Below, in pieces: positions 29,192 to 37,899 of a stretch of 64,000 nt of DNA (the first letter of the stretch is position 1; the number at the start of each line of letters is the position of its first letter). The stretch covers positions 1,643-65,642 of the forward strand of contig DJFZ01000055.1 in assembly GCA_002432655.1 (NCBI GenBank), given 5' to 3'. The notes beneath the pieces are model-generated. The model had not been told where the DNA came from and searched no databases. It saw nothing but the letters and a program-made list of their open reading frames with translations. A program made the position numbers and the translations under genes. This stretch comes from Thiotrichaceae bacterium UBA5859 (GTDB lineage Bacteria > Pseudomonadota > Gammaproteobacteria > UBA5859).

Positions 29192-29610
29192 GTGCTTCAG
29201 CTTTTGATAACATTAAAGAAGGGGATGAGTTCGAGCTGGTGCATAAAGGCTTCACTCGGACCGATTTTGTTCGCTACGCTGGTGGTGGCGGTGACTTCAA
29301 CCCCATTCATCATGATGAGAGCTTTGCCAAAATGTCAGGTAACGAGACAGTGTTCGGTATGGGTATGTTAACCGCTGGCATGTTGAGTCGAGTGCCTGCC
29401 AAATGGTTTGGCGCTGAAAACGTCAAGAGTTTTGGTATTCGCTTCAAATCCAGATTATGGCCTGGAGATAATGTCACTTTTAAAGGGGTGGTGAATAAGG
29501 TCTACGAGGAAAACGGTGTCAAACACGTGGATATGGATCTTAGTGCTATCAACCAGAAAGAAGAGTTACTGATCCAGGGTTTTGCAACCTGCCGTCCTTG
29601 GAAGTCATAA
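29188..29610 (+). CDS. MaoC family (R)-specific enoyl-CoA hydratase/dehydratase, HadB-like catalytic subunit.
   Basis: Catalytic motif GDFNPIHHDESFA (D-x4-H hydratase-2 signature) and the glycine-rich GMGMLTAG. Confidence 0.8.
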   Translation: MSASAFDNIKEGDEFELVHKGFTRTDFVRYAGGGGDFNPIHHDESFAKMSGNETVFGMGMLTAGMLSRVPAKWFGAENVKSFGIRFKSRLWPGDNVTFKGVVNKVYEENGVKHVDMDLSAINQKEELLIQGFATCRPWKS

Positions 29611-29632
29611 ATTCATCACCCTAATGGGTAAA

Positions 29633-29665
29633 AAGAAAGGCCCCGTCTGGGGCCTTTTGACTTTT
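29633..29665. terminator. Bidirectional hairpin terminator between the convergent MaoC and acyl-CoA dehydrogenase genes.
   Basis: aggcccc-gtct-ggggcct flanked by an A-run upstream and a T-run downstream. Confidence 0.6.
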
Positions 29666-29688
29666 CATGTAGGCAATTAAAAGAAGAA

Positions 29689-30969
29689 CTATGCCACTCT
29701 CGCTGAGGTGGGAATTTCATTGAAGGGAATGCCCTTGTCCACGCGCTGCTCTGAAGGCAGTCCTAACATGCGCTCACCAATAATATTTCGTTGAATTTCG
29801 TCCGTCCCACCGGCGATTCGAATCGCAGGAATACCTAAGTAAAGCTGCTGAAAGGTGCCATGGGCAAACGCATTTTCATCTACCAAAGCACCCATTGGTC
29901 CCTGAATTTCCATACAAAAAGCAGCCATCTCCTGCATTAACAGACCAATAGAGAGCTTCAAGGTTGAGCCCTCCACCCCCGGCACACCGCCCTTCGCTAG
30001 GCCGGACATCAAGCGATTCCCGGTCAGCTCCAATGCTTTCAAGCGGCTGTAATAGCTAGCGATACGTTGCCGGCTGGCAGAATCGTATATCGCCAATTGG
30101 CCGTTGACGTGATAGGTCTCTAAGATTTTAACTAAATTTCGCACCAGACCCACACCGCCAAACATGCCAAATCCACCACCAATGCCCATTCTTTCGTTCA
30201 TGAGTGTCGTCAAAGCCACTGCCCAGCCATTACCTACTTGATCTAAACGGTTGGCATCCGGTATGCGCACATCTGTCATGAACACTTCGTTGAAGTTAGC
30301 CCCCCCAGTGATCTGCTTGATGGGTCTCACTTCTATTCCCGGAGAATTCATATCCACCAAAAAGTAGGTCATCCCCTTATGTTTCGGCACCGTAGGATCT
30401 GTGCGCGTGACTAAGATCCCCCAATTTGAATAGTGGGCGCCTGAGTTCCAAACTTTTTGACCGTTGACAACCCATTCATCACCATCTTTCACGGCGGATG
30501 TGCGCAAGCCGGCCAGATCTGATCCGGCCGCTGGCTCACTGAAAAGTTGGCACCAGATATCTTCGCCACGCAGAATTCGTGGTAAGAATTTCTCTCTTTG
30601 CGCCTCGGTACCATGTACTTGGATGGTAGGACCGGCTAAGCCAATACCCAACATAAACACGCTAGTGTTCGGCACCTTAAACTTGGCTTCCTCTTGGGAG
30701 AAAATAATGTTTTCCAGAATGCTGCCTCCTCGACCGCCATATTGCTTTGGCCAGGTGACGCAGGCCCAACCGGCATCCGCTTTTGTCTGTTGCCACTCCC
30801 TAGCGGCAGTCACTATCTGCGAGAACTGCTCGTCGGAGCCCTCCTCTTCAAACATAGACATCATGCCTTCTTCTTCAGCATTGATGTCTTTCTCTTCAGC
30901 ATGTTGGGATAGAAACGCTCTTACCTCTTCACGAATTTTGGCTTCTTGTGGGCTATCATTGAAATCCAT
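29689..30969 (-). CDS. Acyl-CoA dehydrogenase family protein (FadE-like).
   Basis: 426 aa. ACAD N, middle beta-barrel and C-terminal helical domains are recognisable (GLAGPTIQVHGTEAQREKFLP, ...GGTDEIQRNIIGERMLGLP). Confidence 0.85.
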   Translation of the reverse strand: MDFNDSPQEAKIREEVRAFLSQHAEEKDINAEEEGMMSMFEEEGSDEQFSQIVTAAREWQQTKADAGWACVTWPKQYGGRGGSILENIIFSQEEAKFKVPNTSVFMLGIGLAGPTIQVHGTEAQREKFLPRILRGEDIWCQLFSEPAAGSDLAGLRTSAVKDGDEWVVNGQKVWNSGAHYSNWGILVTRTDPTVPKHKGMTYFLVDMNSPGIEVRPIKQITGGANFNEVFMTDVRIPDANRLDQVGNGWAVALTTLMNERMGIGGGFGMFGGVGLVRNLVKILETYHVNGQLAIYDSASRQRIASYYSRLKALELTGNRLMSGLAKGGVPGVEGSTLKLSIGLLMQEMAAFCMEIQGPMGALVDENAFAHGTFQQLYLGIPAIRIAGGTDEIQRNIIGERMLGLPSEQRVDKGIPFNEIPTSARVA

Positions 30970-31375
30970 AATTTTCTGCTCCCCTAGGTGATGTGGTTAG
31001 TCCTTATTTTAGCCATTCAAGTCATCGGGCTTTGTAATCTATCATGAATATTGAACTGTTAGTCTATTGAGACTCAGGATGAACCACAAGCGCAAATCGC
31101 GGAGACCGTTTAACCACCAGCATACTTAGCTATTAGTGAGTATTTTTGGTCAGAACCAATGCTTCTATTTTTTATTAAAAGACTCGCTTAAGTTTTTGAA
31201 TATCTGTTCAATTATTGCGCGAATTAACCGGATTAATTAAATGATAATTAGCTTTGAATCTGAGTGGCTTAGACAGTACATTAACCTTGCAGAGGAGATC
31301 ACACACTCTTGCTTTTGCTCATCTCTGCGAACAACAGATTGACTAATAATCAATTTTGAAATGGGGGAATAATTT

Positions 31376-32884
31376 GTGAAACAACTGAAAAAAAATATGA
31401 CTGTAGTTTGCTTAAGCATCGCCTGCTTGGGCGCGACTGTCAGCCATGCAAATGAACGTTACATAGTTAAATTCAAAGAACAGCGAGCGAATGAAGGTCG
31501 TGCTATCTTGGCCCTAGAAGGATTGCGTGAAATTAAAGCATTGGCTTCTGACAATGCTGTGGTCACCAAGTTAGATAGAAGATCTCTAACACGCTTAAAA
31601 CGAGTTGCAGCCATTGAATATATAGAACCTGACGCCAAGCGTTATCCGCAGTCAGTGGGCGAAATCACACCCTATGGCATTAATATGGTCAATGCACCGG
31701 CTATTTCCGATTCAGCTGCAGCCTCCCGCACAGTCTGTATTATTGACTCGGGATACCGAATCGATCACGAAGATTTACCTGCCGGAGCCAACGTCTCAGC
31801 CTCTCCTGATGGTGGTGCCGGAGATCCATATAGCCCGTTAAATTCCCACGGTACTCACGTAGCAGGCACGATTGCCGCGCTCTCCAACGGGCTCGGTGTG
31901 TTGGGTGTTTTACCTAGCGATCTTATCAACTTGCATATTGTCAGAGTGTTTAACGATGTTGGTAATTTCGTCTATGCCTCTGATCTCGTAGGTGCCCTAG
32001 ATGAATGCGTGGAGAATGGCGCAAACATTGTCAACATGAGCCTTGGTGGGCCACAATTTTCGATTACTGAATCAAGAGCATTTAGAAATGTGCTGCGCTC
32101 AAATATATTGTCGGTAGCAGCAGCGGGTAATGATGGTACACGCGCACGAAGTTACCCCGCCTCATATTCCTCTGTGATATCAGTGGCAGCGATTGATTCT
32201 GCCAAACAGCACGCCGCTTTTTCCCAGCAAAATCGTAGCGTCGAGCTTGCTGCGCCTGGTGTCGCCGTCCGCTCTACCGTAGTGCCAGGAACAGGATTTG
32301 ATGAGCGTTTAGCGGTAGACGGCATTGCTTACGAGGCGGCTGCTTTGATAGGTTCCGCCTCGGCGACAGGATCCGGACCCTTAGTGAGCTGTGGAATAGG
32401 GGATATGCCCTGCCCTGGTGGCTCTGGACAGGTCTGCTTGATTGAACGAGGCCAGGTCTCTTTCGCCGACAAAGTGAATAACTGCGCCGCAGGAGGAGGA
32501 GTCGCGGCCGTGATTTACAACAATAGCGCAGGGCTTTTTGTGGGAACCTTAGGTGGTGTTGCCACCACAATTCCTGCAGTCTCCATAGCAGGTGATGACG
32601 CATCAACTCTACTCTCTTCGGGTATTGGTGAAACCGCTAATGTTACTACCTTGGGTGGTGGAGACTATGCCTTTTTTGATGGTACCTCGATGGCCACCCC
32701 CCATGTGGCTGGCGTCGCTGCTTTGGTGTGGAGCCATCATCTAGACTGTAGCGCATCTGAAATCCGTGCAGCTTTGACAGAAACCGCCGAAGATATTGCT
32801 TCCCCGGGGAAAGACAGGCTAACGGGTTACGGATTGGTGAATGCCTCCGAGGCAAAAATTTATTTGGACAATAATGGTTGCTAG
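31376..32884 (+). CDS. Secreted S8 family subtilisin-like serine peptidase.
   Basis: GTG start with a GGGGGA RBS and a signal peptide. Catalytic triad motifs are present: DSGY (Asp), HGTHVAGTIAA (His), GTSMATPHVAGVAALV (Ser). Confidence 0.85.
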   Translation: MKQLKKNMTVVCLSIACLGATVSHANERYIVKFKEQRANEGRAILALEGLREIKALASDNAVVTKLDRRSLTRLKRVAAIEYIEPDAKRYPQSVGEITPYGINMVNAPAISDSAAASRTVCIIDSGYRIDHEDLPAGANVSASPDGGAGDPYSPLNSHGTHVAGTIAALSNGLGVLGVLPSDLINLHIVRVFNDVGNFVYASDLVGALDECVENGANIVNMSLGGPQFSITESRAFRNVLRSNILSVAAAGNDGTRARSYPASYSSVISVAAIDSAKQHAAFSQQNRSVELAAPGVAVRSTVVPGTGFDERLAVDGIAYEAAALIGSASATGSGPLVSCGIGDMPCPGGSGQVCLIERGQVSFADKVNNCAAGGGVAAVIYNNSAGLFVGTLGGVATTIPAVSIAGDDASTLLSSGIGETANVTTLGGGDYAFFDGTSMATPHVAGVAALVWSHHLDCSASEIRAALTETAEDIASPGKDRLTGYGLVNASEAKIYLDNNGC

Positions 32885-32905
32885 CTCCTGTTCTAAACAG
32901 AGTCA

Positions 32906-32940
32906 GGCGTGAAATCGAAAGGTTCCACGCCTTTTTTTTA
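32906..32940 (+). terminator. Rho-independent terminator after the S8 peptidase gene.
   Basis: ggcgtg...cacgcc stem followed by T8. Confidence 0.7.
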
Positions 32941-33013
32941 TGAAAAATCTATAAATAAGAACAATAGCTTTATAATGACTTTCTCGCCAAGTAGAGGAAA
33001 GTAGTGACATCAG

Positions 33014-34204
33014 ATGGGAACAAATCAATCACAATCAATTAACACACTTTGGCAAGATATCTTTCGACTGGCCCAACAGCTCAGTTCGGAAGAATTACTG
33101 ATATACCAAACCGCCAAACGCTACAGCGAAGAAAAGTTAATGCCACGCATTCTCGAAGCCAATCGAGAAGAGCACTTTGATGGAGCGATTATGCAAGAGA
33201 TGGGCGAACTGGGATTACTTGGATTAACGATTAAGGGCTATGGCTGTGCCGGTGCCTCCTATGTGGCTTATGGATTAGCCGCACGGGCGATCGAAGCTGT
33301 CGATAGTAGCTATCGTTCTGCTTTAAGCGTGCAATCTAGTTTGGTTATGTTTCCCATTGAGGCTTTTGGCAGCGAAAAGCAAAAGCGTCAATACTTACCC
33401 AAACTGGCGTCTGGTCATTACATAGGATGTTTTGGACTCACTGAACCCAACAGCGGATCTGATCCCTCAAGCATGCAGACCAAAGCGCAAAAAACCGAAC
33501 AAGGATATCTACTTTCAGGTCAGAAAACGTGGATAACTTCAGCACCACTTGCTGACTTATTTATCATCTGGGCAAAAGATGAGAGAGATCTAATTCGAGG
33601 ATTTTTAATAGAAAAAGACGCACCAGGATTAGTGGTACGCAGGATCAAAAATAAGTTATCCCTCAGAGCATCCTGTACCGGTGAGATTACCTTGGACAAT
33701 GTTTTTGTACCAGAAGAACAGTTACTGGGTAGTGTCACCGGTTTGAAAGGTCCATTTAGTTGTCTGAATCGTGCCCGATATGGCATTGCCTGGGGATCCT
33801 TAGGCGCAGCGGAATTCTGCTGGCAAGCAACTCGAGATTATGTGATGCAGCGCCATCAATTTGGCAAGCCGCTGGCGCATACGCAATTGATACAAAAGAA
33901 ACTCGCAGACATGCAAACTGAAATCACCATTGGATTGCAAGCCGCATTGCGGGTCGGTCGACTGATGGATGAGGATAGTTTTACACCGGAAATGATTTCT
34001 CTAATCAAGAGAAATTCCTGTGGTAAGGCACTGGCCATTGTCAGGGAAGCGAGGGACATGCATGGGGCCAACGGGGTGGCTGACGAGTACCACATCATGA
34101 GGCACATGTCGAACCTAGAGGCGGTCAATACCTATGAAGGAACCCATGACGTTCACGCATTAATTTTAGGTCGCGCGCAGACTGGGCTGAATGCCTTTTT
34201 CTAA
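33014..34204 (+). CDS. Acyl-CoA dehydrogenase, glutaryl-CoA dehydrogenase-like.
   Basis: 396 aa. It has the GCDH-like N-terminal region and the ACAD signature ([19 protein letters not shown]...). The size and motif order fit the GcdH subgroup. Confidence 0.75.
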   Translation: MGTNQSQSINTLWQDIFRLAQQLSSEELLIYQTAKRYSEEKLMPRILEANREEHFDGAIMQEMGELGLLGLTIKGYGCAGASYVAYGLAARAIEAVDSSYRSALSVQSSLVMFPIEAFGSEKQKRQYLPKLASGHYIGCFGLTEPNSGSDPSSMQTKAQKTEQGYLLSGQKTWITSAPLADLFIIWAKDERDLIRGFLIEKDAPGLVVRRIKNKLSLRASCTGEITLDNVFVPEEQLLGSVTGLKGPFSCLNRARYGIAWGSLGAAEFCWQATRDYVMQRHQFGKPLAHTQLIQKKLADMQTEITIGLQAALRVGRLMDEDSFTPEMISLIKRNSCGKALAIVREARDMHGANGVADEYHIMRHMSNLEAVNTYEGTHDVHALILGRAQTGLNAFF

Positions 34205-34220
34205 TCTAAATAGAATAAGT

Positions 34221-35981
34221 TTATGCTCCTACAAAAAACCAATACAGAATCGTCAATTGACTTAATAACAGCAACAAACTGATTATTTGCCAAAAACGAA
34301 CTGGATTTCTCTCAATGAGGGGCAATCGATTTGTGTATACATATGACCTGCTTGGATGACGCAAATCATGAAGAAACTCAGACAGAGAATCATACCTATC
34401 TTTTTTCTCTATGCTCAAAGCTTTTTCTAAGGTTTTATCTAACCAGTCGGGTATCAAAGAATTAAATTCAGTACTCCGTTGATACTCCAACTGCTGATAA
34501 TCTTTTAACGTATGACATTGACTCAATTTGCCCTCGTAGGGTTTTCTTCCCGTCAACAACTCAAAAGCGATAACACCAATAGAGAAAAAATCAGACTCGA
34601 TAGTAGCGCCTGCACCCAAAAACACTTCAGGCGCGCTATACTCAGCGGTGCCTAATATTTTGTCTCTTGCAATCGGTGTATTGATTTCATCAATTCCCGC
34701 AATGTGCACTGAACCAAAATCAATGATTTTGATCTGTGCGTGATCATTGATCATTATATTGCCCGGTTTCAAATCTTGATGGATGACTTCTCGGCGATGA
34801 AACGCCCGCACACCTTTGGCAATCTGTTCAACTATGTGAATGATCTGCTGAATGTTGCTGGTCTGATTATGGGTTGCCATCCATTGTTCTAGGGTTTGAC
34901 CTTCTACCAACTCCGTTAAACTGTACATGAACTTTCGTGGTCTAATAGGTGCAACCACCTTCACCACATAGTCACTCTGTATGCGACTACCGATCCATTC
35001 CTCCATCACGAATCTTTCTATATAGGCAAGATCATCTTCATAATTCGCAGAAGGAGTTTTCATCACGTATTTATCACTGGTTGCAACATCCTCAACCACG
35101 TAGAGTTGACTACGTGAACTTGCGTGTATCTCTTGCAATATTCGAAACCCATCCAGTAACAAACCAGTTTTCAAGAAAGGCGGAAAGGGCAAATCTGCCA
35201 GGCGCTTTACCACATCATCAGCGGACTCTACCGGCAGGGAGGTGACTTTGATTATTTGACAACTAAGATTGTCATAACTACCTTGATCATAGGCTTGACG
35301 AACGATCTGTTCACACTTAGTTGTCAAATCGCCCTCTTCTTTGCTGACTATCTGTTGAATTTGTTTGGCATTTAACCAATCATGAACACCATCTGTGCTA
35401 CAAAAGAAGATATCACCCGAGCGCACGTCCAGTGCCCGATAATCCACATCCAACATTAACCCGATCCCCATAGCTCTGGCTAAATACGCTTTGCTACGAC
35501 CGATTTTAGCAACATGATCGTTTGTAAGTTGTTCCCAATCACCATCTCGTAAGCGACAAATTCGTGTATCCCCTACATGGAACAGATGTACTGTGCGTGA
35601 TTTCAATACCAATGAACTAAAGGTAGTGATGTATCCTTTATCCTCTTGAATATGATGTTGGCCTTGAGAATAAAGCCAGCGATTTAAAGCGGCCAATATC
35701 TTGTGCGCAGAGGTTTTTACCGTCCAGGAGTCAGGTGTGGAGTAGTAGTCCGATAAAAAGCTACGTACAGAAATTTCACTGGCTTCTTTGCCCTCCTCGG
35801 CACTGCTCACACCATCCGCGATAGCAACGGCGATACCTTTGGTCGTCAGCAGCGGTTCATCTGGAATCACATAGCCTAAACAATCTTCATTGAGTGCCTT
35901 TTGTCCACGGTCAGAATATTGCCCAACATGAACCTCAAGTTTGGTACTGAGATGCTCAATATCCATTTCATCACTATTCAA
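34221..35981 (-). CDS. Bifunctional PP2C phosphatase / Ser-Thr protein kinase with C-terminal transmembrane anchor.
   Basis: N-terminal PP2C motifs (VAIADGVSSAEEG..., CSTDGVHDW). Central Hanks kinase motifs (HRREVIHQDLKPGNIMIND, DFGSV, GTAEYSAPE). A C-terminal hydrophobic helix. It lies 17 bp downstream of narK on the same strand. Confidence 0.8.
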   Translation of the reverse strand: MNSDEMDIEHLSTKLEVHVGQYSDRGQKALNEDCLGYVIPDEPLLTTKGIAVAIADGVSSAEEGKEASEISVRSFLSDYYSTPDSWTVKTSAHKILAALNRWLYSQGQHHIQEDKGYITTFSSLVLKSRTVHLFHVGDTRICRLRDGDWEQLTNDHVAKIGRSKAYLARAMGIGLMLDVDYRALDVRSGDIFFCSTDGVHDWLNAKQIQQIVSKEEGDLTTKCEQIVRQAYDQGSYDNLSCQIIKVTSLPVESADDVVKRLADLPFPPFLKTGLLLDGFRILQEIHASSRSQLYVVEDVATSDKYVMKTPSANYEDDLAYIERFVMEEWIGSRIQSDYVVKVVAPIRPRKFMYSLTELVEGQTLEQWMATHNQTSNIQQIIHIVEQIAKGVRAFHRREVIHQDLKPGNIMINDHAQIKIIDFGSVHIAGIDEINTPIARDKILGTAEYSAPEVFLGAGATIESDFFSIGVIAFELLTGRKPYEGKLSQCHTLKDYQQLEYQRSTEFNSLIPDWLDKTLEKALSIEKKDRYDSLSEFLHDLRHPSRSYVYTNRLPLIERNPVRFWQIISLLLLLSQLTILYWFFVGA

Positions 35982-35998
35982 TGCGGCGTTCGGAGCAG

Positions 35999-37471
35999 CT
36001 ATCCTACATCGATAAGTTGCACACTACCATCGGGTAATATTTCCGCCATTTTACCCCGCGGCTCTACGAGGAACTGTACCGCAACCAATACCAAGATGGC
36101 TGATCCGCCTATAATCAAGAAAAAGGTACTGTAATCCACGAAGGTTAGTACTGTGAGAAAAATGACTGCACCCACATTTCCGTACGCACCCACCATGCCC
36201 GCGATTTGACCCGTCATACGTCTTTTTACTAGGGGTACTACCGCAAACACCGCACCTTCACCTGCTTGCACGAAAAAAGAACAGCTCATGGTGGCTAATA
36301 CGGCAAGAAAAATAGGCCATTGACTGTTTATTTGACTTAGAATTAGATAGCCAAATGATAGACCTAGTATTAAAAATGACAAACTTTTTCGTCGACCAAA
36401 GGTATCACTGAACCAGCCGCCGCTCGGGCGCGCCACTAAATTCATAAAGGCGAATCCAGAAGCCAACAAGCCAGCTTTTACGGGATTAAGATCGGTATAG
36501 GTTTCAAGAAAGAAGAGCGGCAACATGGATACCACTGCCAATTCGGAGCCAAAAGTTACTAAGTAAGCCAAGTCCAAGATGGCCACCTGCTTGAATTGGT
36601 AACGGTGTATCTCTTCTACAGGGCGTTTAAATACATCTATGTTGACGCGATAAATGTTATACACCTGGAAAATAAACAAAGCCACTAGTGCCAAATAAAT
36701 TGCGTAGCATATCTCAATTGCAAGCAAGCCAATATTTGAAGGAGATAATTTCCAAGTTAACACGGAAAGCGCCAGATACATGGGCAAATTCATAAAAATA
36801 TAGAAATAAAAATCTTTCACGCTCGACACTTCCAACCCACCATGTTTTTTTGGTTTAAAATAGGTTGAGCCTTTTGGCGTGTCTCTAGCCACTAAAAAGT
36901 AGACAATTCCATATACAAAGATAATTGCGGCAGTACAATAAAGTGCGTATCGCCAACCTTCATCCCCACCAAACCAATACGCAATTGCTGGCAAACTCAT
37001 TGCCGCCGCTGCCGAACCAAAGTTTCCCCAACCCCCATAGATACCTTCAGCAATCCCAACTTGTTTGGCGGGAAACCACTCCCCTACCATGCGAATACCA
37101 ATCACAAATCCGGCACCCGACACACCTAATAAAAATCGGAACAACGCAAGTTGATCAAAACTTTGTGCGCTGGCAAAACCCACACAGATAACTGAAGAGA
37201 GGATTAATAAGGTTGAATAGACCCGTCGCGGTCCATAGAGATCTACCATAATGCCCACGACAATACGTGCCGGTATCGTCAAGGCCACATTCAGGATCAT
37301 TAAACCCTTCACTTGTTCGCTACTCAATTGCAGCGACTCCTGGATCAAAACCAACAAGGGCGCATGATTGAACCAAACCACAAAAGAGAGAAAAAACGCA
37401 AACCAAGTGATGTGAAGCGTTCTGATTTTAGGATCGTTTACAGCCAATAGATTTAAATTTTCGGTACTCAT
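35999..37471 (-). CDS. narK: MFS nitrate/nitrite transporter (NarK/NNP family).
   Basis: 12-TM MFS with NNP-type glycine-rich motifs. It is divergent from nirBD-narGHJI. The start was set to ATG at 37471 (AAGGA RBS); the track ORF begins at TTG 37486. Confidence 0.75.
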   Translation of the reverse strand: MSTENLNLLAVNDPKIRTLHITWFAFFLSFVVWFNHAPLLVLIQESLQLSSEQVKGLMILNVALTIPARIVVGIMVDLYGPRRVYSTLLILSSVICVGFASAQSFDQLALFRFLLGVSGAGFVIGIRMVGEWFPAKQVGIAEGIYGGWGNFGSAAAAMSLPAIAYWFGGDEGWRYALYCTAAIIFVYGIVYFLVARDTPKGSTYFKPKKHGGLEVSSVKDFYFYIFMNLPMYLALSVLTWKLSPSNIGLLAIEICYAIYLALVALFIFQVYNIYRVNIDVFKRPVEEIHRYQFKQVAILDLAYLVTFGSELAVVSMLPLFFLETYTDLNPVKAGLLASGFAFMNLVARPSGGWFSDTFGRRKSLSFLILGLSFGYLILSQINSQWPIFLAVLATMSCSFFVQAGEGAVFAVVPLVKRRMTGQIAGMVGAYGNVGAVIFLTVLTFVDYSTFFLIIGGSAILVLVAVQFLVEPRGKMAEILPDGSVQLIDVG

Positions 37472-37899
37472 GAATGTTCCTTGCAAGACAGCTTGTCTCC
37501 ACAGAGACGCAAAAGTTGCGCGCCTCAGAGCAATCCATATGCCATGCTGTGTACGTTGAAGGAGCGCAATGCTTTACCAACCAGTTAACAATAACTTAGC
37601 CGTCCTTTAGGATGAGAACTGCATACGCTTTGAACGGCATTGATGATTTTATAGTCAAGACTGTGCACCAGAATGTGGCCTCACGGGAATTGCCTCCCTC
37701 ATTTGGTGCTTAGAAACGCAGGTCAATTTTCCCTCAGGATTGTTTATTGTTTATATTCAATTGCTTATCATATCGATTCTAGTGGCATAGCTATTGCTGA
37801 GAGCCAGCGGAAACGAATGACCGTGGATCGCAAACAACCTGGGTCAACAAAACTGATGAACATCATCTTTTCAATATCAACTGAATAAACGGGGTACAC
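37472..37899. promoter_or_regulatory. Divergent narK / nirB intergenic control region with inverted repeats.
   Basis: 428 bp of non-coding sequence between divergent starts. Inverted repeats AGACA-gct-TGTCT (37486-37498) and TGATG-aa-CATCA (about 37853-37866) are present. No canonical FNR box was found. Confidence 0.35.

Noticed and set aside
37600-37700. Possible FNR box ttgat-gattttatag-tcaa in the narK/nirB intergenic region
   Set aside because: The spacing between half-sites is 9 nt, not the 4 nt of the FNR/CRP-family consensus. It is therefore not called as an FNR site. Other inverted repeats in the region are noted only as candidates.
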